A DNA stretch of 64,000 bases, from contig CAVUMN010000002.1 in assembly GCA_963742735.1 (NCBI GenBank), positions 64,001-128,000 of the forward strand. The letters run 5' to 3'. The DNA is from an uncultured Actinomycetes bacterium (GTDB lineage: Bacteria > Actinomycetota > UBA4738 > JBBDTT01). Position 1 is the first letter of the stretch. Every line of letters begins with the position of its first letter. This document shows, in pieces, positions 50,773-60,464 of this stretch. Under the pieces are notes generated by a model that saw only the letters and a list, made by a program, of their open reading frames with translations, was not told where the DNA came from and searched no databases. Position numbers and translations under genes: made by a program.

Positions 50773-51509
50773 GCTATCGCTCCGACCTCGACCTGTCGAA
50801 GATCCCCCGGCATGTCGCCATCGTCATGGACGGCAACGGGCGGTGGGCCAAGCAGCGCGGCCTTCCCCGGACCGAGGGCCACGGCGCGGGCGAGCAGGCC
50901 CTGTGGGACACGGTCATGGGCGCGCTCGACGTCGGCGTGAAGTGGCTGACCGTGTACGCCTTCTCCACGGAGAACTGGCGCCGCCCGAAGGCCGAGGTGC
51001 AGTACCTGATGAACTTCAACCGGGGGCTGCTCCAGCGCCGGCGCGACGAGCTGAACGAGCTGGGCACGCGGGTCCGCTTCGCCGGCCGGCGCGACTGGAA
51101 GGTCCCGCGCTCGGTCCTGCGGGAGATGGACCGCTCGCAGGAGCTGACCAAGGACAACCGGCGGATGACCCTCACCATCGCGTTCAACTACGGCGGGCGG
51201 ACCGAGGTCATCGACGCGGTGAAGCAGATCCTGGAGGAGGCGAAGCGGGGCAAGCTCCGCGGCGAGCGGCTCACCCCGGACTCGATCACCAAGCGGCTGT
51301 ACCACCCGGACATGCCCGACCCCGACCTGCTGATCCGCACCGGCGGCGAGATGCGCATCTCGAACTTCCTGCTGTGGGAGGCCGCCTACGCCGAGCTCTG
51401 GTTCACGCCGGTGTTCTGGCCGGACTTCAACCGCGAGAACCTGTTCGAGGCCATCCGCGACTACCAGAAGCGCGACCGCCGCTTCGGCAAGATCGAAGAC
51501 GCCGAGTAG
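50769..51509 (+). CDS. uppS: Polyprenyl diphosphate synthase (cis-prenyltransferase)
   Basis: HVAIVMDGNGRWA, FSTENW.RP, YGGR, RISNFLLW. Confidence 0.94.
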   Translation: MSYRSDLDLSKIPRHVAIVMDGNGRWAKQRGLPRTEGHGAGEQALWDTVMGALDVGVKWLTVYAFSTENWRRPKAEVQYLMNFNRGLLQRRRDELNELGTRVRFAGRRDWKVPRSVLREMDRSQELTKDNRRMTLTIAFNYGGRTEVIDAVKQILEEAKRGKLRGERLTPDSITKRLYHPDMPDPDLLIRTGGEMRISNFLLWEAAYAELWFTPVFWPDFNRENLFEAIRDYQKRDRRFGKIEDAE

Positions 51510-51540
51510 CAACGCCTCCGCCGGACTCACGATCGCCCTC

Positions 51541-51870
51541 GTGGTTGTTCTCGTCCTGATCGGGGCGTTCTGCTTCTCCGTGGCCACATTGATCTCGCTT
51601 TCCACCTCGAGGCCGGTGCAGATCCGCGCCGCACACGAGTACGGGGGATGCGGAGTCCTTCCGGCGCACTCAGATGAACGCGAGAGGTGCGCGGCGGACT
51701 ACGCCCGGACGAACCCTGCGCCGTTTCCTTTGAGGTGGATGCTCCTGGCCGGCCTTTGCGGTATCGCGGCGACCGCGCTCCTCTGGTCAGCGTCTCGCCG
51801 GGCAGAATCACGTGGAGCTCGTGATTCCGGATCCGCCGTTCGCCCTCGTGTCTCGCGCGTCCGCCGGTGA
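51541..51870 (+). CDS. Hypothetical two-TM membrane protein
   Basis: Two hydrophobic segments around a loop with two Cys; start uncertain. Confidence 0.35.
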   Translation: MVVLVLIGAFCFSVATLISLSTSRPVQIRAAHEYGGCGVLPAHSDERERCAADYARTNPAPFPLRWMLLAGLCGIAATALLWSASRRAESRGARDSGSAVRPRVSRVRR

Positions 51871-52238
51871 GGTCTCAGGAGACGCCCCGTTCGACTGCAG
51901 TCGCGTTCGTGGTGATCCTGATCCTCCTGCTCGGCTCGCTCTTTACGAGTCTCACCCTGCTCCCGGGCACCGTTCTGCTTGAGAGCGACCTTGGGGCGCC
52001 GCGGTGGAGTGATTGTTGGCAGGTCGTCGGTGACGCGCGAATGGAGTGTCTCGGTCCGGCATTCTGGCGAGAGAAGCTGGCGGACACATCGCCCTCGTTC
52101 GCCATCACGCTCATCGCGTCCGTGGGAGCGCTCGTGCTGTCCGCTCGGTTTCGCCTTACGGGCGGGATCGCAGTCTCCGTCGGGGTGTTCGGTGCTGCCG
52201 TCTTGGTAAGCGTCGCCGGGGCACTGCGCGTGTCCTGA
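51867..52238 (+). CDS. Hypothetical three-TM membrane protein
   Basis: Hydrophobic segments, loop with two Cys; 4-bp overlap with the previous ORF. Confidence 0.4.
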   Translation: MRSQETPRSTAVAFVVILILLLGSLFTSLTLLPGTVLLESDLGAPRWSDCWQVVGDARMECLGPAFWREKLADTSPSFAITLIASVGALVLSARFRLTGGIAVSVGVFGAAVLVSVAGALRVS

Positions 52239-52288
52239 CCACACGGACCTGGCCGATCGACTCTCGTGGGCGCCGGTAGGCTTCGCGG

Positions 52289-52882
52289 ATGACTCCATCG
52301 ATTCAGATCCCGGACACGTCGATCGCCGTCGCGTCGCGTGAGCTGGCGCGGGAGGTGTCGAGCCCCGCGCTGTACCACCACTGCGAGCGGACGTACGCGT
52401 TCGGGTCGGTGCTCGGCGAGCGGGAGGGCTTCGAGTTCGACCCGGAGCTGCTGTACGTCGCCAGCATCCTGCACGACCTCGGGCTGACCGAGCGCTTCGA
52501 CGGGCCGGACGAGTTCGAGGTCCAGGGGGCGAACGCGGCGCACGCGTTCCTGACCGAGCAGGGATGGGATCCGGCGAAGGCCGACCTGGTCCGCGAGGCG
52601 ATCACGTTCCACACCCGCCCCGCGAACGAGGACCACGAGCGCAAGGAGGTCCCCCTGCTCACGATCGGGGCCGGGGTCGACGTCCTGGGCCTGGGGATCG
52701 AGGACGTGCCGTCCGAGTGGCTGCATCGCATCGTGGAGGAGTGGCCGCGGGAAGGGCTCAAGGCCGAGCTGGTCGAGCGGTTCGGCGACCAGGCCCGCCG
52801 CAAGCCGGGGTCGTGGATCGGCATGCTCGTCGAGAACCTCGAGTGGCTCGAGCGGATCCAGGCGGCCCCGTTCGACGAGTGA
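52289..52882 (+). CDS. HD-domain metal-dependent hydrolase (cyanamide hydratase-like subgroup)
   Basis: H.ERTY, LHDLG, FEV.GA.AA, G..D. Confidence 0.82.
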   Translation: MTPSIQIPDTSIAVASRELAREVSSPALYHHCERTYAFGSVLGEREGFEFDPELLYVASILHDLGLTERFDGPDEFEVQGANAAHAFLTEQGWDPAKADLVREAITFHTRPANEDHERKEVPLLTIGAGVDVLGLGIEDVPSEWLHRIVEEWPREGLKAELVERFGDQARRKPGSWIGMLVENLEWLERIQAAPFDE

Positions 52883-52902
52883 GCCGGGGTAGCATCCCGC
52901 CC

Positions 52903-53814
52903 GTGAGCGCCCCTGCCGCCGCCGACACCGACGCCGTCACGCTCGACGAGGCCGACCTGCCTGAGGTCTTCCGCTCGGGCAACCGGGTCTCGATGAGCGG
53001 GCAGAACCGGTACATCCGGTCCACCGCCGCCCAGCTCATCCTGCTGGTCGTCGCGGCCGTCGCCGGGGCGATCCAGGTCGCGGGCGACGCCCCCGACGCC
53101 GCGGTGATCGTGGCCGCGGCCGCCTTCCTTGGAGCCGCGCTGCTGAAGGTCCAGGTCATCGCCACGCACCCCGAGCAGGACTGGTACGAGGGGCGGGCCG
53201 TCGCCGAGTCCACGAAGACCCTCGCCTGGCGCTACGCCGTGGGGGGCGAGCCGTTCCCCGTCCGCAAGGGCCCCGAGCGGAAGATGAAGGAGCTGTTCCT
53301 GGCGCGGCTGCGCGACATCGGGCAGTCCATCGACCTCCCGCTCGTCTCCGGCACGCAGCGCGTCGAACAGATCACCGACGGCATGGAGCGCCTGCGATCC
53401 CAGCCCCTCGCCGCGCGCCGGGCGGCCTACGAGCAGGGGCGCCTGCGGGACCAGCTCGCGTGGTACTCGAGCAAGGCCGTGTGGAACCAGACGCGGGCCC
53501 GGCTGTGGAACGGCGGGATGCTCGGGCTGATGGTTGCGGGCGGGGTGATCGCGCTGGTGAGCCTGAGCTCGGGTATCAACCTGAGCCTGGTGGACGCGAT
53601 CGCCACCCCGGTGGGGGGCATCGGCGCGTGGATCGCGACGAAGCAGCACCAGACCCTGGCCAGCGCTTACTCGGTGACCGCCCGGGAGCTCGCCGACATC
53701 CTGGACCTGGCCGAGATGCCGAAGAGCGAGGCCGAGTGGGCGGCCTTCGTCTCCCACGCGGAGGAGGCCGTCTCCAGGGAACACACGCTGTGGCGGGCCT
53801 CACGGGGCAAGTGA
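52903..53814 (+). CDS. SLATT-domain (DUF4231-type, double SLATT) membrane effector
   Basis: 2TM + WYEGRA.AES.KTLAWRY..GGEPF; R..DQ..WY..KA..N, 2TM, L..AY.....EL, E.A.SREH..W. Confidence 0.8.
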   Translation: MSAPAAADTDAVTLDEADLPEVFRSGNRVSMSGQNRYIRSTAAQLILLVVAAVAGAIQVAGDAPDAAVIVAAAAFLGAALLKVQVIATHPEQDWYEGRAVAESTKTLAWRYAVGGEPFPVRKGPERKMKELFLARLRDIGQSIDLPLVSGTQRVEQITDGMERLRSQPLAARRAAYEQGRLRDQLAWYSSKAVWNQTRARLWNGGMLGLMVAGGVIALVSLSSGINLSLVDAIATPVGGIGAWIATKQHQTLASAYSVTARELADILDLAEMPKSEAEWAAFVSHAEEAVSREHTLWRASRGK

Positions 53815-53869
53815 AGATTCCCCCCTTCCTCAACGCGCGGCCGGGGATGTACCCTGCGCCGAGTGCCCC

Positions 53870-55435
53870 ATGAGTGAGACCCCCGAGGACCGCGAGCACG
53901 CCGACCTCCCGCCCGTGCGGGTGCTGATCAGCTACCGCCGGGACGACACCGCGGGTCACGCCGGACGCCTGTACGACTCGCTCAGCGAGCGCTTCGGCCG
54001 GGAGCAGATCTTCATCGACATCGCGGCCATCGAGCCGGGTGTGGACTTCAGCGAGACGATCGCCCGCGAGGTCGGCTCCTGCGACGTCCTGCTCGCCGTC
54101 ATCGGCCGCCAGTGGCTGACCGTCACCGACGCCAAGGGCCGGCGCCGGCTGGACAACCCCGACGACTACCACCGGCTGGAGATCCAGGCCGCCCTGGAGC
54201 GCAACATCCGGGTCATCCCGTGCCTGGTCCAGAACGCGCAGATGCCGGCCCTCGACGACCTCCCCGAGGCGATTCAGCGGCTCGCGCTGCGCAACGCGCT
54301 GGAGCTCTCCGACGAGCGGTGGAGCTACGACGTCGGACGCCTCGACGCGGCCATCTCGAGCGTCGCCCGCGCGAAGGCCCTGCGCCCGAAGGAGGAAGAC
54401 GAGGCGCCGAAGGAGCCCGAGCCCGAGGAGCCCGAAGCGCCGCCGACCATCGAGGAGCTTCAGGCAAACGCGGTACCGGAGGAGATCCCCCCGGTCGAGG
54501 AACCGGCAGGCGAGGCCGAGCCACTCCCGACCCCCGCGGTCCCGATGGAGCCGGACGCGTTCGTCCACGTCGAACCGCCCGACCTGCCGGGGACGCCACC
54601 GCCACCACCCACCCCGATGCCCGAACCAACGCCCGAGCCCGAACCCGAACCAACGGAGCCCGCCCCCGAGCCCGAGCCCGAGCCCGAGCCGGCACCGGCG
54701 GCGTTCGTTCCGCCGCCGCCGGTCGAGCCCGCGGCGATGGTGACCGCGCCGATCACGCCCGCGCCGCCCACGGAGTCCTTCCCCCCGGTCGCCCCACCCC
54801 CGCCCCCGCCCGGGCCCTCCGAGCCGAAGCGATCCAGGCGAGGGTTGTTGATCGGGATCGTCATCGCGGCCGTCATCCTCGGGGGCGGCGCCACGGCCTT
54901 CGTCCTCACCCGAGACGACACCCCGGAGCGCACCATCCCAACCGTCGACCCGACCTCCCCGACCCCGACCATCACCGTCACCACCACGACGACCCCGGCG
55001 CCCGCCGACCCGCACGCCGAGCTCATCGCCCGCGTCCCGGCGTCGTTCAGCGCCACCTGCGCGGACGACGACGCGAACTACCTTCCGGACCTGGCCCTGG
55101 GCGGGATCCGGTGCACCGCTTCCGGGATCGAGGTCTGGTACTACCTGTTCTCGACCGGCGCGGACGTGGACGACTGGTACTCGCGGCGGATCGCGGACAC
55201 CGGGATCACCCAGGGCATGGGCGGCGACTGCGCGTCCGACGACACCGCCGAGGACCAGCTGCAGGTGGGCGGCGTCGACGTCGAGGGCCGGCTGTTCTGC
55301 CTGACGAACGACCGCGGCCGGTGGATCGAGTGGAAGCGCACCGACTATCGGATCTACGCGTACGTGCTTCGCGCCGACGGGAACCGCTCCTCGCTGTACG
55401 AGTTCTGGACCGGCGCGGGACCGAACGCCCTCTAG
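53870..55435 (+). CDS. TIR-domain membrane protein (TIR - Pro/Glu linker - TM - Cys-containing extracellular domain)
   Basis: ISYRRDD, F.D...I.PG.DF, D..RLEI..AL, IP.LV; PEPEPE linker; one TM. Confidence 0.85.
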   Translation: MSETPEDREHADLPPVRVLISYRRDDTAGHAGRLYDSLSERFGREQIFIDIAAIEPGVDFSETIAREVGSCDVLLAVIGRQWLTVTDAKGRRRLDNPDDYHRLEIQAALERNIRVIPCLVQNAQMPALDDLPEAIQRLALRNALELSDERWSYDVGRLDAAISSVARAKALRPKEEDEAPKEPEPEEPEAPPTIEELQANAVPEEIPPVEEPAGEAEPLPTPAVPMEPDAFVHVEPPDLPGTPPPPPTPMPEPTPEPEPEPTEPAPEPEPEPEPAPAAFVPPPPVEPAAMVTAPITPAPPTESFPPVAPPPPPPGPSEPKRSRRGLLIGIVIAAVILGGGATAFVLTRDDTPERTIPTVDPTSPTPTITVTTTTTPAPADPHAELIARVPASFSATCADDDANYLPDLALGGIRCTASGIEVWYYLFSTGADVDDWYSRRIADTGITQGMGGDCASDDTAEDQLQVGGVDVEGRLFCLTNDRGRWIEWKRTDYRIYAYVLRADGNRSSLYEFWTGAGPNAL

Positions 55436-55452
55436 GGCATAGGCTCGACCCC

Positions 55453-56559
55453 GTGGACGAGGGCTTCCTCACCATCGGGATCGAGGAGGAGTTCCAGATC
55501 GTCGACGCGGAGACCCGCGAGCTCCGCGCCCACATCGACGCGGTCATGGAGGTCGCCGGCCCCACCCTCGGCGACGAGGTCAAGCCCGAGATGATGCAGT
55601 CCGTCGTCGAGGTCGGGACCAAGGTCTGCGCCGACGTGGCCGAGGCCCGGCGCGAGATCGTGCGCCTGCGCGCCACCGTCGCCGGGATCCTGGAGGCCTC
55701 CGGCCTGCGCCTGGTCTCCGCCGGTACCCACCCGTTCAGCCGGTGGCAGGAGCAGCTGATCACCAACAAGGAGCGCTACAAGCTCATGGAGGAGGAGATG
55801 CAGGACGTCGTCCGCGAGCTCCTCATCTTCGGACTCCACGTCCACGTGGGCATCCCCGATCCGGAGCTGCGGATCGAGCTCATGAACGAGGCCCGCTACT
55901 TCCTGCCCCACCTGCTGGCGCTGTCGTCCTCGAGCCCGTTCTGGATGGGCCGGGAGACCGGCGTGAAGTCCTACCGGACCGTCCTGTGGTCGAGGTTCCC
56001 GCGCACCAGCATCCCCCCGGACTTCGACTCGTGGAGCGAGTACCAGGGCTTCATCGACCTGCTGGTGAAGACGAACTCGATCGAGGACGGCACGAAGATC
56101 TGGTGGGACATCCGCCCCCACGTCATCTACCCGACCCTCGAGTTCCGGATCTGCGACGCGGCCACCCGGGTGGACGAGACGATCTGTCTGGCCGCGCTCA
56201 TCCAGGCGACGGTGGCCAAGCTCCTGAAGCTCCGCCGGCAGAACCTGGGGTTCCGCAAGTACCCGCCGCGTCTGGTGCGAGAGAACAAGTGGCGGGCCCT
56301 GCGCGGCGGCCTGGAGGGCAACCTGATCGACTTCGGCAAGCAGACAGAGGTGCCGATGCGCGACCTGGCCCTGGAGTACCTGGACTTCGTCGACGACGTG
56401 GTCGACGAGCTCGGCTCGCGGGCCGAGGTCGACTACGTCCACACCATCATCGAGGGCGGCACGAGCGCCGACCGCCAGCAGGCCACGTGGCGGGAGACCG
56501 GGGACCTGAAGGCCGTGGTCGACCGCCTTGCCGAGGAAACCCTCGAGGGGGTCCGTTGA
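55453..56559 (+). CDS. Carboxylate-amine ligase (YbdK/GCS2 family)
   Basis: TIGIEEEFQ, GTHPF, GLHVHVG, WWDIRP, TLEFRICD. Confidence 0.92.
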   Translation: MDEGFLTIGIEEEFQIVDAETRELRAHIDAVMEVAGPTLGDEVKPEMMQSVVEVGTKVCADVAEARREIVRLRATVAGILEASGLRLVSAGTHPFSRWQEQLITNKERYKLMEEEMQDVVRELLIFGLHVHVGIPDPELRIELMNEARYFLPHLLALSSSSPFWMGRETGVKSYRTVLWSRFPRTSIPPDFDSWSEYQGFIDLLVKTNSIEDGTKIWWDIRPHVIYPTLEFRICDAATRVDETICLAALIQATVAKLLKLRRQNLGFRKYPPRLVRENKWRALRGGLEGNLIDFGKQTEVPMRDLALEYLDFVDDVVDELGSRAEVDYVHTIIEGGTSADRQQATWRETGDLKAVVDRLAEETLEGVR

Positions 56560-56573
56560 CGTACACCGGGGTG

Positions 56574-57086
56574 ATGCGCTCGCTCCGGGTCGCCCTCGCC
56601 GCCCTGCTCGTCGTCGGCCTGCTGGCCATGCCGGCGGAGGCGGCCAAGAAGAAGAAGCCCAAGCCCGACCGGACGCCGCCCCGCTCGGTCATCCACGACG
56701 AGAACAACGCCGTGAAGATCGGGATGGACGCCGACCAGGACGCGCCGGCGCAGCCGCCGGCGGAGCTCGAGCCCTACACGAAGGTCACCGGCATCACCAC
56801 CGACGCCAAGGGCGGGCTGATCGACTACGTGGTCATCCGCTTTCACCGCGAGGACCCGGTGGGGGGCACCCTCGGCGAGATCGAGACCGCCACCTGTGAG
56901 CCGCCCCGGCGGACGTGCCACTGGGAGGCCCGCGTCCCCTGGCTCGACGACGACCTGATCATGGCCGACCCCGTCCTGGGTCTCACCCACGGGATCCCGG
57001 CGATCTGGACCGTGACCGTGAAGGCCTACGACGAGGCCGGCAACGTCGAGACGAACGGGCCGGAGATCCAGATCGTCGTGATCTGA
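56574..57086 (+). CDS. Secreted hypothetical protein with Ig-like fold
   Basis: Signal peptide (AEA), D.TPP, V.A.D.AGN.E. Confidence 0.6.
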   Translation: MRSLRVALAALLVVGLLAMPAEAAKKKKPKPDRTPPRSVIHDENNAVKIGMDADQDAPAQPPAELEPYTKVTGITTDAKGGLIDYVVIRFHREDPVGGTLGEIETATCEPPRRTCHWEARVPWLDDDLIMADPVLGLTHGIPAIWTVTVKAYDEAGNVETNGPEIQIVVI

Positions 57087-57111
57087 ACCGCCGGCCGGTT
57101 CCCCGTCTGGG

Positions 57112-58719
57112 TCAGCTGCTGGCGGTCTGGACGTCGTTCACCAGGCGAAGCGTGTGCATCAGGACCGCGTCGCCGAAGCACGCGTCGAGCCCGTAGGCGT
57201 CCTCGTACTCCGACAGGACGAGCTCGTCCTGTCCCACTCCGTCCGTCACCTCACTGGGGACGCTGCCGACGAACCCGACGCCCTGGCGCCCGACGTGGTC
57301 GGTCTCGAAGGACTGCATGATGTAGCCGAGGCCGTCGTTCACCTGGGCCAGCGGGAAGGCGATGAACGGCGTCTCCTCCTCGATGGTGTTCGACAGGTTG
57401 GAGAACGTCTCGCCGGGGGCGCCGGTGAAGATCAGGTTCCCGACTCGGGCTGCGGACACCGCGGTGCTCACCCCGAGCGGAGACGCCGAGCGGCACCAGC
57501 GGAGCTCGCTCTTGCCGGCCCCCACGAGGCCGAGCGGGGTGAACGGCCGATCGAAGAACCCGACCGCGCCCAGCGTGCCGAGCGGGATGTTCGTGATGGG
57601 CTGGGTCCAGAACGTCTGCCTGACCACCACGTCGGTGCCGGTCACGGCCTGGCCGCCGCCGGGCTGCGGGATCAGGTTGGCCAGCCCGTTGCCGACCCCC
57701 TGAGTTCCGCCCGAGTTGCTCATGTTGCCCAGGCCGGTCTGGAAGAAGAGGCCGACCCCGCCGAACCGATCCTCCACGCGCTTCTCGAAGACGGCGGGGA
57801 AGTCGGCGTGCGCGGTGCCGCCGTTGTTCCCCACCGACGTCGGGTGGGCGGCGTAGGCGCCGAGGGTCCCGATGGTCGCCCCGGTGGCGCTGTTGGTGAA
57901 CCGCGCCCACGAGAACGTGTTCTCCTCCGCGGACCAGTACAGGTCGCGGCGCTCGCCGTTGAACTGCCGGGCGAGCACGTCGCCGGCCTCCACCGAGGCG
58001 GGGACGCGGTTGGCGATGGCGTTGCCCACGGAGGTGCGGATCGCGTCCGCCACCTGCTCCATGTACCAGCTGGGCACGCCGCCCCATCCGCCGATGAAGT
58101 CCGGGGCGGCGTGGCTGTGCGTCGAGGCGAGCATGAACCCGGCCGGGTTGAAGCCGTGTTCCGCCCCGAGCTCCTCGGCCAGGTCGAAGGCGCCGCAGCC
58201 GTCGCAGAGCTTGCCGTACTTGCCGAAGTAGGAGGTGCCGTCCAGGATCGACAGGACGAACGAGTCCCGGCCGTCGGAGATGAACAGCGTGCGGACCCAC
58301 AGGCCGTACTGCTGGTCCCAGGCCGTGATGGGGTTCATCGGGCCGATGCCGAACCCGCCCTGGTACAGGCAGCTCGGGTTCTCCGGCCAGGTCAGCCGGA
58401 GGTCGCCCAGGTGGCCGAACGCCTCGGGGGCGTCGTCACCCATGGTGGCGCAGCCCTCCTTCGCCCAGGTCCCGCCGTAGGCGGCGGGCTTCGGCTCGAT
58501 CGACACCTTCGCGGCGCCGACGACGAACTGGCCGGGGACGAGCGCCGCGGCCGCGGACTCCGAGCCGGCCTCGCCGGCCAGGAGGGGGGCCTCGATCCCG
58601 AGATTGTCGGCCGTCCCGGAGACCGGGGCCAGCCCGACTCCTGCCCACGCCACCGAGACGGTGAGCACGCCGGTGAGGAGCGAGACGAACAGGGTTCGTA
58701 CGGGACGTCGAGCGGGCAT
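57112..58719 (-). CDS. Secreted neutral/alkaline ceramidase-like amidohydrolase (paralog B)
   Basis: Signal peptide, STHSHAAP, AAHP, PGE; GGAGG RBS. Confidence 0.6.
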   Translation of the reverse strand: MPARRPVRTLFVSLLTGVLTVSVAWAGVGLAPVSGTADNLGIEAPLLAGEAGSESAAAALVPGQFVVGAAKVSIEPKPAAYGGTWAKEGCATMGDDAPEAFGHLGDLRLTWPENPSCLYQGGFGIGPMNPITAWDQQYGLWVRTLFISDGRDSFVLSILDGTSYFGKYGKLCDGCGAFDLAEELGAEHGFNPAGFMLASTHSHAAPDFIGGWGGVPSWYMEQVADAIRTSVGNAIANRVPASVEAGDVLARQFNGERRDLYWSAEENTFSWARFTNSATGATIGTLGAYAAHPTSVGNNGGTAHADFPAVFEKRVEDRFGGVGLFFQTGLGNMSNSGGTQGVGNGLANLIPQPGGGQAVTGTDVVVRQTFWTQPITNIPLGTLGAVGFFDRPFTPLGLVGAGKSELRWCRSASPLGVSTAVSAARVGNLIFTGAPGETFSNLSNTIEEETPFIAFPLAQVNDGLGYIMQSFETDHVGRQGVGFVGSVPSEVTDGVGQDELVLSEYEDAYGLDACFGDAVLMHTLRLVNDVQTASS

Positions 58720-58822
58720 TCGATTTCCTCCGGGAGTGGGAGCGCTGCGGGCGAGTACTGCCAGACTCATTCCAGGGAGGGGCCTCGATTCCTGCCCGGC
58801 GCGCCGAAGCCGCCGGCTCGAG

Positions 58823-60367
58823 CTAGAGGGACCCCATGAGGGTCAAGGTCTTCTCCAGGACCGCGTCGCCGAAGCACGCGTCCAGGCTGAACGCGTCCTC
58901 GTACTCCGCGACGGGGTCCCCGGCGAAGCCGGTGCCCTGGCGCCCGAGGTGGTCGGTCTCGAAGGACTGAATGATGTAGCCGAGCCCGTCGTTGACCTGG
59001 GCCAGCGGGAACGCGACGAAGGGCGCCTTCTCCTCGATGGTGTTGGTCAGGTTCGAGAACGTCTCGCCGGGGGCGCCGGTGAACCACAGGTCCCCGACTT
59101 TCGCCCCCGAGACGGAGGTGTTCACCCCGAGGGGTGAGACGGAGCGACACCGGCGCACGTCGTTCTCGCCCTCGTCGACCAGCGAGCCCGCCGAGAACGA
59201 GCGGTCGAAGAACCCGGCCGTGCCGAGGGTCCCCAGCGGGATGTTCGTGATCGGCTGGTCCCAGAACACCTGCCCGACCTTCACGTCGGTCCCGGTCACC
59301 CGCTCGCCCTGCCCCTTGCCGGGGACCAGGGCGGCCAGGCCGTTGCCCATCTCCTCGGTGCTCCCGCGCGGGCTCATGTTGCCGAGCCCGGTCTGGAAGA
59401 ACATGCCGATGCCGCCGAAGCGCTGCTCGACCTTCCGGTCGAACACCCCGGGGAAGTCGGCGTTGGCGACGCCCATGCTCTCGTCCGCGGTGACCGGGTG
59501 TGCCGCGAACGCGCCCAGCGTCGCGATGGTCTTGCTCGTGCCGGCGCGGTAGAAGCGGACCCAGGACATCGTGGGGTCCTCGGACGACCGGTAGAAGTCG
59601 CGGCGCTCGCCGCTGAAGTCGCGGGCGAGCACCTCGCCCGCCTCGACGCTCGCGGGCTTCCGCTGGGCGTACGCCCCGCCGACTGCGCCGCGGATCGCGT
59701 CGGCCACCTGCTCCATGTACCAGCCGGGGACGCCGCCCCACCCGCCGATGAAGTCGGGCGCCGTGTGACTGTGGGTCGAGGCGAGCATGAACCCGGCCGG
59801 ATCGAAGTGGTACTTCGCGCCGAGCTCCTGGGCCAGGTCGATGGCGCCGCAGCCGTCGCACAGGTTGTTGAAGTGACCGAAGTACGAGGTCCCGTCGAGG
59901 ATCGCCAGGACCAGCGCGTCCTTGCCGTCGGAGATGTAGAGCGCCCGAACCCACAAGCCGTACTTCGTGTCCCACGAGGTGATGGGGTTCATCGGCCCGA
60001 TCCCGTAGCCGCCGCTGTACAGGCAGCCCGGGTCCTCGGGCCAGGGCAGCCGGATGTCGCCCAGGTGACCGAACGTCGCGGCGCCCGCGTCCTCCTCCAG
60101 CGTCGCGCAGCCCTCCTTCTGCCAGGTCGCGCCGTACTTGGCGGGCTTCGGCTCGATGGAGACCTTCGCGGCGCCGACCGTGAACTGGCGCCCGCGGGGG
60201 AGCGCCGCGGACGTCTCGCCCCCGCCCTTCGAAGGCGCGGCCGCGTCGAGCACCGGGTCGAGGAGGCCCTTCACGGGGGCCAGGCCGATCCCGGCCCAGG
60301 CGGCGCCCACGGTCAGCGCACCCGTGAGGGCCGCGACGATCAGGGTGCGAACGGTGCGTCCAGTCAT
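58823..60367 (-). CDS. Secreted neutral/alkaline ceramidase-like amidohydrolase (paralog A)
   Basis: Signal peptide, STHSHTAP, AAHP, PGE; GGAGGA RBS. Confidence 0.6.
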   Translation of the reverse strand: MTGRTVRTLIVAALTGALTVGAAWAGIGLAPVKGLLDPVLDAAAPSKGGGETSAALPRGRQFTVGAAKVSIEPKPAKYGATWQKEGCATLEEDAGAATFGHLGDIRLPWPEDPGCLYSGGYGIGPMNPITSWDTKYGLWVRALYISDGKDALVLAILDGTSYFGHFNNLCDGCGAIDLAQELGAKYHFDPAGFMLASTHSHTAPDFIGGWGGVPGWYMEQVADAIRGAVGGAYAQRKPASVEAGEVLARDFSGERRDFYRSSEDPTMSWVRFYRAGTSKTIATLGAFAAHPVTADESMGVANADFPGVFDRKVEQRFGGIGMFFQTGLGNMSPRGSTEEMGNGLAALVPGKGQGERVTGTDVKVGQVFWDQPITNIPLGTLGTAGFFDRSFSAGSLVDEGENDVRRCRSVSPLGVNTSVSGAKVGDLWFTGAPGETFSNLTNTIEEKAPFVAFPLAQVNDGLGYIIQSFETDHLGRQGTGFAGDPVAEYEDAFSLDACFGDAVLEKTLTLMGSL

Positions 60368-60464
60368 CGAGTCCTCCACGCGTCGCCGTTGGCAGGAGGC
60401 AGGGCGCCGCACCGCCATACCTGACAGATTTCCCCGGATTCGCTCGGATTCCTGCTCGGCGGAG

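Noticed and set aside
54630-54695. (CCCGAG)n tandem repeat as a phase-variation tract
   Set aside because: In-frame hexamer encoding a Pro-Glu linker; slippage would not shift the frame.
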